From Chrysomallon squamiferum (taxonomy: Eukaryota; Animalia; Mollusca), in assembly GCA_012295275.1 (NCBI GenBank), contig CM022677.1, forward strand, positions 7,192,001 through 7,256,000: a DNA stretch of 64,000 nt, read 5' to 3'. A program made the position numbers and the translations under genes. Shown here piece after piece: positions 12,834 to 25,879 of this stretch (positions are counted from its first letter, which is position 1; each line of letters opens with the position of its first letter). The notes under the pieces are model-generated. The model was not told the DNA's origin, searched no databases, and was given only the letters and a program-made list of their open reading frames with translations.

Positions 12834-15800
12834 TTACACAGAATGGAATTCACTGGCTATTTCTATACCCCATCCAGTGTCAGTGACTGGTCTGATGATG
12901 ACTATGGTAGGTGCTGTAAAACTAAAAATCAGTTAAATAATGTGCAGGTTGTAATAAGCTGATAAAATAATTATCTTGTGTTAACATATTTCATTTTCTT
13001 CTTCCATGCTAAATGCCAATTAAACATTTTCAGCCTCTATGTAAAAGTGTAAACCTAGCAGAGATGCTAGAAAGTCTAAACAGCTGGGATGATAATTTAT
13101 TTTACCATGTCTTAATTTTGCTCAGTGTTCTTCTGTTTGACTTTTCACTTGAGGATGCTGTTTTGAAGTAGACCAACTGAAAAAAGAAATACAACTACAA
13201 TAAAGATCTAATTAACAAAAAAAATTAACAGTTAAGAAGAATTCAAACAATGAAATAAAAAAAATAAAAATGGTTGTGTGTATGTGTGTGACCTAAATAT
13301 TTCAGGAAGTCCATAACTGGCCTTTACTTTTCTACTTCTTTTGAGACCAAGCTTTCTGTTTTATGTTTTGTTGTTCAATATGAAAATACTTTTTCTTTTT
13401 TTTTTAAAATAAAAGATGATAAAGAATAATTGCATTTTAGAAGATGTGTTTACATTTGCATCAGTTTCTATGAAATTAATGAATAAATGATGGATATTTC
13501 TTGTAAGACAATATGTCAAGAAATTATTTTCTGAAATATTACATATATCAAGCAGTCAACCTGACACATCTGCAGGATTAACACTGGCAGCTTTTAACTA
13601 GCTTCTGTTTGAAACTGTATGAAGATATAATAGTCTTATTTTTAGGAATTCTTAACAGAACCTTTATGGTGGAGATTCAGTTTATGAACATGCATAAGGT
13701 AAAATTATGTCATTTTGTACAGATGTTCTGAGAACAGCACTTTTTAGACATCTGAATGGTGTACTTGAGACATAACTAACTTTGTAATATAAAACTGCCT
13801 AGATTTTCAATTGGAATCTGATAAAAATTTATTGCAGCAAAAATAAATGTTTATTTTCATTAACATTTTTCTCTCAGATCATGAGAATGTGACATTTGGA
13901 TGGAATTGCCATTAGCACCCTTCACATGTAGACAATTACACAGCTGAAACTGTTTACCACATAAAATATATTTTATATAATTTATATCAACTTACTTGAA
14001 GTTATTTTGCTGCAAGTAGTATTACCAATACCAGGAGGTATGCCATCAATACAGCTCCATGTTCCTTCATCAACAGTTTTGTTAAAAGACTTTATAATAA
14101 GTGTGATTTGTGTAATACAAAACAATATCCAGGTCTATTTGCAACAGTGTCACAATCAGTTGTATCTACATTACAGGTCAAAACTTCTTCTGGTTTTCCA
14201 GAATTTGGACGTAAATATTTTATTCCACCTGTTACTGTTCCAGACACTTTACAGATTAACTTTGTCTTCTGCCATTCTGTTGCTGCATCCAAGCAATCTA
14301 TGTATGTACTTGCTTTACCTGTAAAACACAATTTTATTTGTTTATAAAGAGAATGATAGGTATAGAGAAATAAATGAATAAAGCTTGAACCCTATGTATG
14401 TAAATATATACATGAATGCATTGATATTGTGTTTCTAATAAAACAGATTCTTGAAAAAGACATTTTATATTAATGCCAAAAGCTGTGAAAGTATTTAACA
14501 TAATTTTTATTATAATGTTGTTATCATTACCTGCAGCGTACCATTTTCTGTCTTGGACCCTACATGTATAGGCTTGTAAATAGTAATATTTACTGTAAAT
14601 GTATTGTCACAATAAACACAGTTTTTGGAAACTTGTATAAAAATTAAGTGAGATGGTTATGATAAATTAGTTTACATAATTACATTTACAGTAAATATTA
14701 CTATTTACAAGCCTATACATGTAGGGTCCAAGACAGAAAATGGTAGGCTGCAGGTAATGATAACAACATTATAATAAAACAAATTTCAAACCCCAATTCT
14801 CAAGAGAAAAGCAATGCATTTTAGTTCAGCTATTCCATCAGTTCTTCACATGATCTTCCCACATGGACAGCTAGTCACAGGCAGCCAGCCATCTCTGTAG
14901 TACTTGGTGATATAGAAACAGTTTTTTATCAATCAGTTTGTTATAAAATCTATACAAATGGATAACTTTGACCAAAAGATCTCATGTGAATCAGGTTATT
15001 GTGTTTATAACCCCAGAAACTATTCTGGGTTTTGATGTCAACTTTTGTCACTGAGATGACCTGTGTCACCAATGGAGGCAGTTTTCACACACCTTATATA
15101 TGCATATAATAAGATCAGTTTCACATAAGAGCTCACATTTAGGTATTTTCATCAATTTTTACTGTGTGTTACGAACTGCGAACAGATAACAGCATGATTC
15201 CCATAGAAATTGTACAGAGAAAGTTTTTAAACTGTCTTTTTTTTATATCAACATCATTTTATGGACCTCTTAAACGAAGTAACAATTGGTACATATAATT
15301 AGTACAAGGTGAGTCAAAACATCCTATAACTGGGAGCACGAGTCGGTTTTCAGACCAGATGTGTTATGATGCAAAAATATTCGTAATGAACATTAAACAG
15401 TTTCACCACAGACTTCAAATTGTTATAATATTTTATGATATTTGGTTTGTTTAAATTTGACAGTTTTGAAATTTAGACTGGCAAGGTGTTAAGAGCTATG
15501 GGAATTATTTAAGACTGCTTGGATGAAAAGATGCTTGTCTTTATACCAAAAAAATAAATCATTTTCTTCTTTTTACTTTCCATAAGCTTTTAGTTACAAG
15601 TAATAGTAAAATATGTGACATATGGTTACTTGATATTAAAAACAAACTCAAAACTGAAATTTTTGTTCATAAGTGGTAGAAACTCTTTAATTTCCTTAGC
15701 ATTTTATCTACCTTCTGTTGTTGTTTTTTCAACTGCAATATAGCTGCCCATTTTCAAGAAGTGATTTTTAATCAAACGTATATCCACATAAATCCTTTAA

Positions 15801-16220
15801 CTTGGGTCAAATCTGTGATGTATAAAACAGTGCATTTGTTTTATAATGATAAACATTTCCTGTTGATGAAATGCTCAACTAATTGCATCAACATTCATCA
15901 TCATTTATGTTTTACTGTTTAAAAATTAGCACCTCAGATTTGAAATTTATATTATTTAGCTGTAAAAATGTGATTTTACTCATTCAAAGTAAAATGTTTT
16001 TGAACAGATAAAATCATGAAACAATTTTCAACTACTGAGAAAAGATTCTATTAGGTGATTGTTGTAAACTGCCAAAATCAGCTTACACAAAATTCCTACT
16101 ATTCGGTAAAAAACAGCTTTATATATGTAACTGACGTGGAACACACTCACCTTCAACCGAGACCCAGGTGAAGAGAACAGTGGTCACAGCAAAGAGGAGG
16201 ACAGTGCAGTGGAAAACCAT
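12834..16220 (-). pseudogene. Signal peptide + Ig-domain gene, copy A (exons 16220-16151, 14318-13996, possibly 13176-13106 and 12913-12834); frameshifted as assembled
   Basis: Exon 1 MVFHCTVLLFAVTTVLFTWVSVE(G) has TTCTTTCTACAG / GTGAGT sites and is phase 1. It joins in frame to KASTYIDCLDAATEWQKTKLICKVSG..GIKYLRP..VLTCNVDTTDCDTVANRPGY, then a frameshift near 14120 gives TQITLIIKSFNKTVDEGTWSCIDG..TTCSKITS and GTAAGT. LIC ... TLII ... DEGTWSC is the Ig B/E/F-strand pattern. The Ig exon is 323 nt, not a multiple of 3. Confidence 0.8.
14505..14779. repeat. Near-perfect inverted repeat with 99-bp arms (14505-14603 and 14681-14779) and a 77-bp spacer
   Basis: Arms are reverse complements with one mismatch that I could find (GCAGCGTACC versus GCAGCCTACC). 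Confidence 0.95.
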
Positions 16221-17923
16221 TTCTGTAGAAAGAACAAAATTATGTACTTCAGTATCAATAAATTTATCTAAACTCAACCACATACACTATCCAACATGAT
16301 AAATGTAACTACCATTAGTAATAATAATAATAAAAGAATACATTAAAGATCTTTGTTTCAGAAATTTGCAGTCTCCACAGAACATTTTGTTTTGTAGTGC
16401 ATCTCAAATTACTATGAAAATTGCAGAGATCACTACAAAATTCTGAAGACTGTCCAAACCATAAGAAAATTTTAAATGCATTACTGTGAGCATGAGAAAA
16501 TGTTTTACTAAGAATCAGTGCTCACTTAAGTGAGTACTTTTGTGCATAATTATTTTTCAACATTTTACTTTATTAAAAATGTCCCATTAGTTAGAAATAT
16601 TATCAACATCTTGTTGAATTGAAGAAGATGTATGCATGCATGTACATCAACATGGTAAAAAAAAAATGTTACCAAATAGGCAGAGGTAATATTGATACTT
16701 TACAAGATATAGTATATTTCATAGACTAAATGTATTATAATGTTGTTCATAGTTTATTTCAATTTGAACTGGTCAAGAAAACTGAAAGTACAAAAACCAC
16801 ATAGAAATCTGATGCTGCATGGAAATAGGTGTGCAACAGAAGCAAGAAAAGATTTGTTTTCTCTTTTTTTTGTTTTGTTTCAGAAAATGGTTTCACACAG
16901 ATGGTGATAAGTGTCAAGTGGAAAACGATTAATGAAATTAATTGATTATGATAAAAAACCAGTAACATTAATTCAAATATGGCAATGTTAATATATAAGA
17001 AATAGCATGATCAATAATCTTGTAGGTTTGATGATTTTCATGACTTTTTCTTTATTACAGAGATATACAGAAATGAACGACATCAGAAATATATCCCTCT
17101 GATTGGTAGATAAAGCTTGACATTCACATCAAGGGGAAACTCTTGCTTGTTCTGTGCTACATAAAGAACAACCATCGATAGGCAGCTCCTCCTCACATAA
17201 ACAGACTGATTGCAAATAAGACAGTTATTAAAAGCCATTAACAAATGAAATAAGGACACCAGAAATTTGTATTTATTCATATGCAAATGATGTCTGCCCA
17301 TCTGACATTGTATTACAAGATCATTGTGCTTAATGTTGTCTTTTCTTTTGTCTTTTTTAAAATGCAAAAGAAGTTTATTTTAATTATATTCTTTTCTATC
17401 TCAAATGAAATGTTCACAAAACCCAAAATATTAGCAGACAGAACAAATTATTGGTAATGTTTAAGAACATTCATATTTTGGCAATGAAGAGAGTAGAATG
17501 ACACTGAATTGCATTTAAACTGAAATGAAACAACTTTGCTCCAGAAGAACTGCAACAGTAAAAAACTGCCCACAGAAGTAGATTTTGTTTGATCAGATAT
17601 ATTGACTTGTTTCGCCATTTATTGTGCTTATTGCAACCAAACCTAAATGGTTCTCTTTTTCTTTTCTCTTCAGATTTTATGTTATGTATAGAAATGAGTG
17701 TAACAGTTGTATGTGGACAAGCTCATGTCTCCTAGGAGGTTTTTGCATCTAATGTTTGGTCAGAATTTTCTATATCTATGCACGTAGTCGACTTGGCTAG
17801 GCAGTACCAGCGCAGTATTTTTACAATATGTACCATACTGAAGTCGAAGGAGCTGATAAAGGCTATAACTCCAGTGAAAGGTGTTAAAATAATTTATAAG
17901 CAGCAGGCCTCTTTCAACGAAAA

Positions 17924-18184
17924 GATGGAAAAATCCTAACCCTGCACACTTTACAAAACCAATTTATTTCTTTACATTCTTTTTTTGTTGTTGTTGTTTT
18001 TATACAATATTTGTACTTTATAAATACATTTCTCTTATTTAAAAACATGTCACTAAAAATTGGGGTGGTTTTTGTGGGGCTAGAAAACATTAATTGTATT
18101 GTTTTTTAAATTTCAGTTGGGAAAACTGATTTGATTTACGAGCAAATTGAGTTACGAGCTAGGCCCCGCAACGAATTGAACTTG

Positions 18185-18185
<1 letters not shown>
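17924..18185 (+). mobile_element. Tigger/pogo-like terminal fragment, copy 2, abutting a (GT)n tract at 18187-18254
   Basis: Homologous to 1260-1492; ends GAGCAAATTGAGTTACGAGCT....AACGAATTGAACT. Confidence 0.55.
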
Positions 18186-18245
<60 letters not shown>

Positions 18246-18541
18246 TGTGTGTGTTTAACTGTTCAAGAAACAAATCTGAGATATAGGTATATCTTAATTA
18301 GTTTCACTCTCTACAAAATTAGTGTCTTATCGATACCATTTTAACGCGGCTTATATTTCAGTACCTTGCGGTTCCTGTCGGTAGTTAGTATATCAAGAAC
18401 GTCTTATTCACAACCAAATGAATCATTTTCAACATAACAATATCCAGTATAATTATTCCATGATTTATACTACAGACTCTATGATTTGTGAATAAAAAAG
18501 GAAAATGTGATAATTTAATATAATAACAGCAATATACTCAC

Positions 18542-18565
18542 CGTAAACAAGAGACCACAAATCCA
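18542..18565 (-). other. 24-nt micro-exon, probable 5' UTR exon of Ig gene copy A
   Basis: Poly-T tract + CAG / TGGATTTGTGGTCTCTTGTTTACG / GTGAGT; a homologous exon lies at 57041-57073 upstream of copy B. Confidence 0.6.
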
Positions 18566-19074
18566 CTGAAAAAAAAAAAAAAAAAAAAATGCTGAAATTA
18601 AAACTGGTACATGTTCAATCTTACTCTGTTACGCAGCTTTTTATTATTAGTTCCTTTTTGGGAAGATTTATTTGATATTATTTCACGCCTTGTATATGGG
18701 TCGTTGTTCCTGAAACGGACAGTCTGAAAAAATGTTTCTGACCATCCAATATAATGATTATAAATTTAAATATTGATTGCTCGTCCGAATAAAACTATGC
18801 GGAAAAAAACATTACTGTGAAAACCATTATGGAACATTCATTCATAGAGTTGTATTTATTTTATTTTATATTTTTTAATTTCTATTTTAATTTATTTTTA
18901 TTTAAAACAAAATAAATATTGTTCTGTATCAAGCAATTTGCAATGTCCCATGTCCGATACACAGTTAATTATTTACAAAGAAATTATATAAATATGTAAA
19001 TAAAATATACTGCAAAATGCACAGACCCCCCAAAAAAAGAAGAAGAAGAAAAAAAAAAAGTGAACATATTTGCA

Positions 19075-19365
19075 TGTAAAGTACACGAAAGTGAAAAGAA
19101 AGTTGTGGCTGCTGTTGTGTTGTTTAGATTTGTTTTGTTCAATCAAAAGGAACCACAGACTCAGATATATTTGAAAATGCATAGCAGACTCTTGTTGTTT
19201 TATCAATTGTTAGTAAAGAAAGTACAGCATCGTTTATTTCCTTTGTCTGACACTTCCACTTGTAAGAGCAGACTTCATCACAGTCTGCCTCACACAAAAC
19301 AGCCACGTTTTTACCTTCTACTATCTGTACTGGTGAACTTCTGTTCAGTTTAATATTTTCTGGAT
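19075..19365 (-). pseudogene. Ig-like (C2/I-type) domain exon, decayed
   Basis: DPENIKLNRSSPVQIVEGKNVAVLCEADCDEVCSYKW....NDAVLSLLTIDKTTRVCYAFSN follows the VEG..V.L.C.ADC..C.Y.W..L.L..I pattern of invertebrate Ig repeats. The DxGxYxC strand is eroded and there is a stop at 19141-19139. Confidence 0.7.
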
Positions 19366-20193
19366 CTTTTGATAACACAAGAAAATTAAAATGTTTGCAG
19401 TCTGTATTAAAACAGTGCATATGGATATCAATGTGTGTGTGTGTGTGTGAAGAAGGGAGAAATGTTTTAATTAAGGATTACACTGAGGAAGGAGTAAACA
19501 ACAGTTTTAGATAAATCATCTTAAGTTACTGGCTTGGAAATGGTGTGACACAAAGGAAGAGGCAAGTAAGACAATACCTAGAAACTATAACATATAAATA
19601 TTTTGTGTACTTACAAGTGATTGATTTGTTGACCAATTTTAACTAATAACAAAGTAAAATGCCAAAAGGATCCAAGTTCCAAGTATCTAGTACTGCTATT
19701 TTTTATTCATTTTTTTTATAGAAGCGAAATTCTTGGTCAGATAGTGAACAAATTTTAATGTTCTCTCAAAAATATTTTGTTTTCATTGAAATCTGATTAA
19801 AGAAATCTTCAAAGCCTAATATGTGTTTCTAAACAAAGTAGTATGTTATTATCTATTACTCTAAAAATCCTCTTTTAACAGAAATTTAAAAATTCAGATT
19901 ATTTTTGCTTGTACATACAGCCTTGAATTTTTGAGTTTTGTCTTTGTTTCAGTTGTATATTTCAGTTAAATTCAAAGAAATATCTGCTGCTGCCATTATA
20001 ATTATACTGAGTTTGTGATCTGATCAAACTGAAATAACGAAAATTTTGTACCAGTAATATTTTATTGTCTACTTTATATACATGGCTATCATTGGTCACC
20101 TAACAATAATTACTACAACTACTATTAATAATATTAATAATAATAATAAAATTTATTTAGATTTATAAATAAATAAATCTAAAATATTTTTAA

Positions 20194-20393
20194 NNNNNNN
20201 NNNNNNNNNNNNNNNNNNNNNNNNNNNNNNNNNNNNNNNNNNNNNNNNNNNNNNNNNNNNNNNNNNNNNNNNNNNNNNNNNNNNNNNNNNNNNNNNNNNN
20301 NNNNNNNNNNNNNNNNNNNNNNNNNNNNNNNNNNNNNNNNNNNNNNNNNNNNNNNNNNNNNNNNNNNNNNNNNNNNNNNNNNNNNNNNNNNNN
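20194..20393. other. Assembly gap (200 N)
   Basis: Run of N. Confidence 1.
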
Positions 20394-20739
20394 ATAATGT
20401 TTTAAACTGATCAATTTATGATTTTATATTTTTTAAAAGTGATTAGATTTTTATTCAGCATTCCATCAATACCTCTGAATGCATTGTTCTATTATGTTGT
20501 ATAGTTTGTTATGCTTACGATTCTTAATTCGACGTTTATCACAAGAATTTTGAATGCAAAATAATCGATGGTTTTAAACTGAAGATAGTAATCGTCAAAA
20601 CAATGTTAATTCGTTTATTTCAAAATGCGATTTCGCTACGCACGTGCTATAATAATACGCTAAAAGTAGGAACATTGAAGAAAATAATCAGCCAACAAGT
20701 TATTAAAAATATAAACAACATATAAATATAATCATTTCA

Positions 20740-22110
20740 AACTGCGCCAGACCATTCTAGCTGTACATGAAATCTACGGCGATATCCTTCTGTAAAAAAC
20801 GTAACGTAATGGCGATTTCCCTTTCAAACGCGGAGCTTCTTTTCGCCAAAGAAGACACACCGTAGTGTCGCACATTGGTTGAAAGGTAATTGAATGATCT
20901 TTCATTTGATCCCGTGAAAATAGGATTTATTTTCAGCCAGTTTTTAAAAAAAAATAGGTTTGAAGGCATGAAAAAGTACATTTTGGACACAACTATTGAT
21001 ATAAGCCATTGCCAGCGACGACACGCACACTGCTAGAAAGATTGAACTTTGACCCTCCTTGAAGTCATTGTGGCGAAAACAAGCCAGGCGTTTGTATTTT
21101 TAGGACTTTTACTCCACGCTGATTGCTGACCACGGGTGCCGAAGTGCGTTTACCCCCAACGCGCTTAACACTCTCGTACACAGAACTGATTTAACATACA
21201 ACAAGAACAACAACACCATTTAAAAGTGCACATAAAGATCTTTAGTTACATGTATTTGTTTATAGAAGGGATTTGGGAGTGGAGGAAAATGGACAAAATA
21301 TTATCTTTTAACAGCTTTGACCAATTATATCGGCTAGGATGCCGGTACCTACATCTTGAATGTTACTGGGATCATTCAAGGGAAGACATATTTGATCGGT
21401 GTTGTAAAAGCGTAATAGTTTAGCTTAGAAATTGATTTTAATAATATAATTTGCATACTGTAAGAAGTCATACAGGAATGATTTGTCAGTTGTCTATCTG
21501 AACTGTGCATGTACTGTGTCTTGCTCATATTGTCAACCTGGCCTCTGAGCTAATCCAGAACAGAGATTTATCCCACATGTCTAATTTGATATCTATGATC
21601 AAATCGTCACTCACTCACTGTATAAGAAATCTGAGAAAAAAGAACTACTTCATAAAACACCTCTCTACCTAAATGAACTTGAAGACTAATGGGACAAGAA
21701 TCCAGCAAATCCGTACTACAAAACAGTACGAAATTTTGATTCATCTCAGCTGTCTGCAATCGCACACAATATCAAAGACTTCACTGCTCTCGAGGCTCTG
21801 CAGAATCCATTTCTTGAGTTGCTCGAGGAATGGCTCATGTATATGGGGTATCATGAAGTACTTATCACTATTTTGTCCATTTCCGAGTTTTGGCAAGGCA
21901 TGCACAATGCAGAGTTGCCTCCTAAAGCTATCTGCCATAGCATCTGATGCTGTTTGGATGCATGTAACTTCTGTTGATGTTGAAATAAGTTTTTCTCAAC
22001 TACAAACATCCACTTAATGAGAGAAGAAAGAGCAAAGCAACATGCCATGTAAATGGAGACATTGAAGTTTGCTTCATTTAGTTACAATTACATGGCCAGA
22101 AGAATCTTGA
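20740..22110 (+). mobile_element. hAT (CGGBP1-related type) transposase relic
   Basis: VHVLCLAHIVNLASE at ~21505-21550 is the CxxH motif. WMHVTSVDVEISFSQ/YKH..NERRKS at ~21955-22035 is the hAT dimerisation motif. A weak N-terminal YP..ELLF...VVSH match lies at ~20790-20875. Many frameshifts. Confidence 0.8.
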
Positions 22111-24220
22111 ATAAAGACCAGTGAAAATAGTGTATTTTCTATTTTATTTTGTTTTATTACATCATTTATTCCCAAAAAGGAAATGAAACCGAATTTACAA
22201 AAAACACGAAAAAGAAAAATGCTTTTTTAAAAAAAATGAAAACTACTGGGTCTAAAAATGACATCTTCAGATGAATTTCATTTTACAGTACTGATATGAA
22301 CAGTTAGAAAACGAGAATAATAATAATAATAATAATAATATGGAGTATATGCAAAAAGTCAGAACATTGAAGAAAAGCATACAACCTGCAAATTACTAAA
22401 CATATGCATTATACATTAATAATGTGTTTTAAATTTAATATGTAAAGTTAAAATGTAAAGTAAATTATATATATATATATATCCTATTTTTAACAATACC
22501 TGAAATAATTTCGAACTGGGTGAAGAATAATGTTAGAAACAGACACAATTTCCCAACATCCGACATGCCGCCACTCATTTAATCAATGTAGTTTTATAGT
22601 CTCGGGCTTTGTACTTAATCGCACGAAAGGTGAAAGCTTCGTCACAGTAAGCTAAATCTAATATAAATTGATTTTGTTAATAGAATATAGAATCCTTATT
22701 AAGAAACCACCAAATATTCTGAACTCTACAGTCTGCATTTGAAGTAGTCTTTTCTTTTCTTTTTTTTTCTTTTTTTTTTTAATAGGAGATAACTCTCTTG
22801 AAATTGTTATGAATTTAGCTATTCAACCGGAGTCGGAAAACTATATATATATATGTCATTAATGATATTAGTCGGTTGGCATCACTCCCCATTAGCCAGC
22901 GTGAAGTTCACTTCGAAAATGGTTGTCAGATTGCAAGCAACATAAAAATTAATCTCGTTTATCTGCTTTTTGAGTGTGTATTCAGAGTAATTGTAACTAA
23001 TAAATATGTTTAGTAGTTCTGATGTGATACAAATATTGTTGTTCACTGTTACTGCTGTAGTAATTTGTCAGCGATAGCGCAAATATAGATTCAAAAATGT
23101 AGTGTATGTATTGTTTCTAGTAAACTTAAACGTGCTAATAAAACAGTTAAATATATAAAATCCTATCTGTTATTACTCATAGAGCAAACCCAATTTGGGT
23201 AGCTTACCCATTCTGTTATGGCTTTCCATTTCGTTTACATGGAAATCTGAATTTAGGGTCAGTTACTGCTATCGTTATAGGATCCTGTGACACTGCCTTG
23301 AAAAAAAGTAATGATAAAGATTTTAGGTAAAAAGGAGTTACACTAGTTCAAAGCAAAGCGATAAGCCACGGTCATAAAGAACGGTACCAAGGTCTGGAAG
23401 GAATTTTAAACATATCGGCTAAAGTAGCGAACATGGATGCAATTTGTTAGCAATAACAATTCTCTTAAAGGCTCGTTTCTATTTCTCCAAGTTTCGCCAC
23501 CGCAGCACGAGAAAGTTTCTTCAACCGATATTAACGATTGAGGATATCTTGTACCTAAAAAAATAAGAGGATGATGGAAATTTTATGTGTAGAAAGTCTT
23601 CTGATTTCAGTTCATTGTTTCAAGCTTTATTGAAACAAATACTGTGATCGAAGTTCATTAAATTTTAAAATATTCTTTAAAACGCAAGATATTTTTTATG
23701 AAATGTTCAAAATGTCATGTTGACTGCATGAGATTACAATCCTACAGTAGCTAATGTAATAGCTAATTAATTATATATTAATATAATATACATTTAATCT
23801 ATTCAGGTAGAACAACAATAAACATTCAGTCAAAGACCAGTATTTTTATCACATTCCCAAAATAAAGCGATAATAGTTTGTTTACGATACAAAACGGATT
23901 TTAGAAAACATTTAGCGGTATACATATTTTCATGATATTGATATTTCAAATAAATAAAGATTAATACCTGATCTACATTTCATATTTGTTACGGAAGTGA
24001 AAAGTGCTACACATTTTTCTTTTCCTTTCCTTTCATTATTTTATTTATTTATTTATTTATTTTGTTTATTTTTATTTTTATTTATATTTTTAGTTTTTGT
24101 TCTTTTATTTTTTAAATAAAACACCCTCCCACACTACCACAACGATAACAACAAATCGTGGCTAAAAATCAGTGAACATCTTGTTTTTGACTTAACGAAC
24201 ATTTTGAGAATTATAACTAC

Positions 24221-24541
24221 CTTTTGCGACATTTGCACAAAAGGAGGAAACATGGCAAATGGATTGTGGGCTCCTTGGTATTATTATTGCCATCTCAGGA
24301 AGTCAGTGCTGATTCGATATGGAGATCCAATGAAACTGTGCCGAATGTGCCGTCTTGTAAAGTTCACTTATTTTTATGGTGTCTTCCCATTTGGTAGAAT
24401 TCCCATTTCGTAGAAAAAGCTGGTCTGCCGCAATATCTGATTACCTCTGTATATAATGAACTTGGCCTGTGCATACATCTCGTTTCTTTCTAACATTCAG
24501 AGGCGGAGCGCATTGTTCCTAAATCGATTATGTAACATCAA
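24221..24541 (-). pseudogene. Exon-like relic with an RKKR dibasic site and two in-frame stops
   Basis: One frame reads EQCAPPLNVRKKRDVCTGQVHYIQR*SDIAADQLFLRNGNSTKWEDTIKISELYK...SICHVSSFCANVAK then AAG/GTAGTT; higher GC than its flanks; acceptor looks mutated (TTTCGG). Confidence 0.35.
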
Positions 24542-24718
24542 CCGAAAGCAGAATAAGCGTTCACTTTTGTTGTTGATTTGTTACTTTTTCATTATTATCA
24601 TCATCATCTTCCTCTTCCTCATTATCATGATCATACTCATGAACATTATTATTATTATTGTTATTATTCGTATTCTTCTTATTCTTATTCTTATTACTAT
24701 AATTACAGTTACTGTTAC

Positions 24719-24749
<31 letters not shown>

Positions 24750-25589
24750 TAAACTGGTCATTTCTAATTCATAAACATTTCCTTTCAGTTACAAAACAAG
24801 CGACCAATAATAAACAATTTTACATCAATTTCATCTTCTATTAAAAAAGAAAAAAAAAAAAAAAAGAAAAGTAAAAAGCATAAAGATGTTTTTGTTTTAT
24901 TAATGCTTATGGCTTGCTTCTGTAAAAGAAAACGACAAAAATATTATAAATAACTAACATATTTTACGAGTAATTTACTTATATTCAGTAAACAGAATAT
25001 GTGAACGTTACATTTATCATTAACTGTGACATAGTATATTAATAGTATGTACACTAAAGATATTATGACCTGCAAATACTTTGGCTATGACAGAAAAAGT
25101 TCATACGAAGGACCAAATCATTGGGAATACTTTTAGATAATACCTTCTTTTTTAATTATTTACATCCACTATATTCGATACATAGATTATTTCGATATTT
25201 GTCATATTTGCATACTTTATGCAATAATACCTCAGATTAAAGATGTAATTGGTCCCAAATTTCCGATAGTGAAGTGACGTATCGTTAAGCGGGAGACTAA
25301 TTTACATAGAATTAAGGTTAAAGGCAGTGGTTACTTTCTCGCTGATGAGATCTGACATAAAAAAAGAGGTGAAATAAGGAGAAATAAAACGGCAGTTTAG
25401 ACATAAATTATTTAATAGATTTTAGATATTAAGTAAACAGTAAATCATACAAATACATTAAGAAATAATTATATGCCGCTCATTGTGGGTTTGGTTTCAT
25501 TTAAGATAATGTATTTTGTTTCTAAAGTTATTGTCTTCCGTTTCTTTTTATCATCAGCATTTGCCGGTATCGTGTTATTCGTTTTGACA

Positions 25590-25873
25590 TATTGGAAGGG
25601 TAAATTACAAACGAGTTTAAGTCTAAGTTAAAAGAAGTTTTTGAAGTTGCTGAACACGTGTACTCTCCTTGGTCTGACTGTTGAAATGAGGAGATTTGAA
25701 ACAGAGAACCGTCAGTGAGGTGTTTTGTACCAGTTCGCCATTCAAATACAACACTGACTGGATTACTGTCAGCTGTACAGCGTAGTATCACAACAATTTA
25801 TATAGTTTATATTGGATATGTATATCAAATAGACATATTATATAGATGAGAAGGGCCAGTTTAATATTATTAA
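25590..25873 (-). pseudogene. Ig-like (C2/I-type) domain exon; 5' part interrupted by stops
   Basis: VILRCTADSNPVSVVFEWRTGTKHLTDGSLFQISSFQQSDQGEYTCSATS has canonical C, SNP, W and DQGEYTC; acceptor TTTCTTCTGCAG at 25874; in-frame stops just upstream of the first Cys. Confidence 0.8.
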
Positions 25874-25879
25874 CTGCAG

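Noticed and set aside
14007-14347. Plus-strand ORFs of 105 and 79 aa
   Set aside because: Antisense shadow of the minus-strand Ig exon
20190-20414. ORF across the N run
   Set aside because: Artefact of the assembly gap
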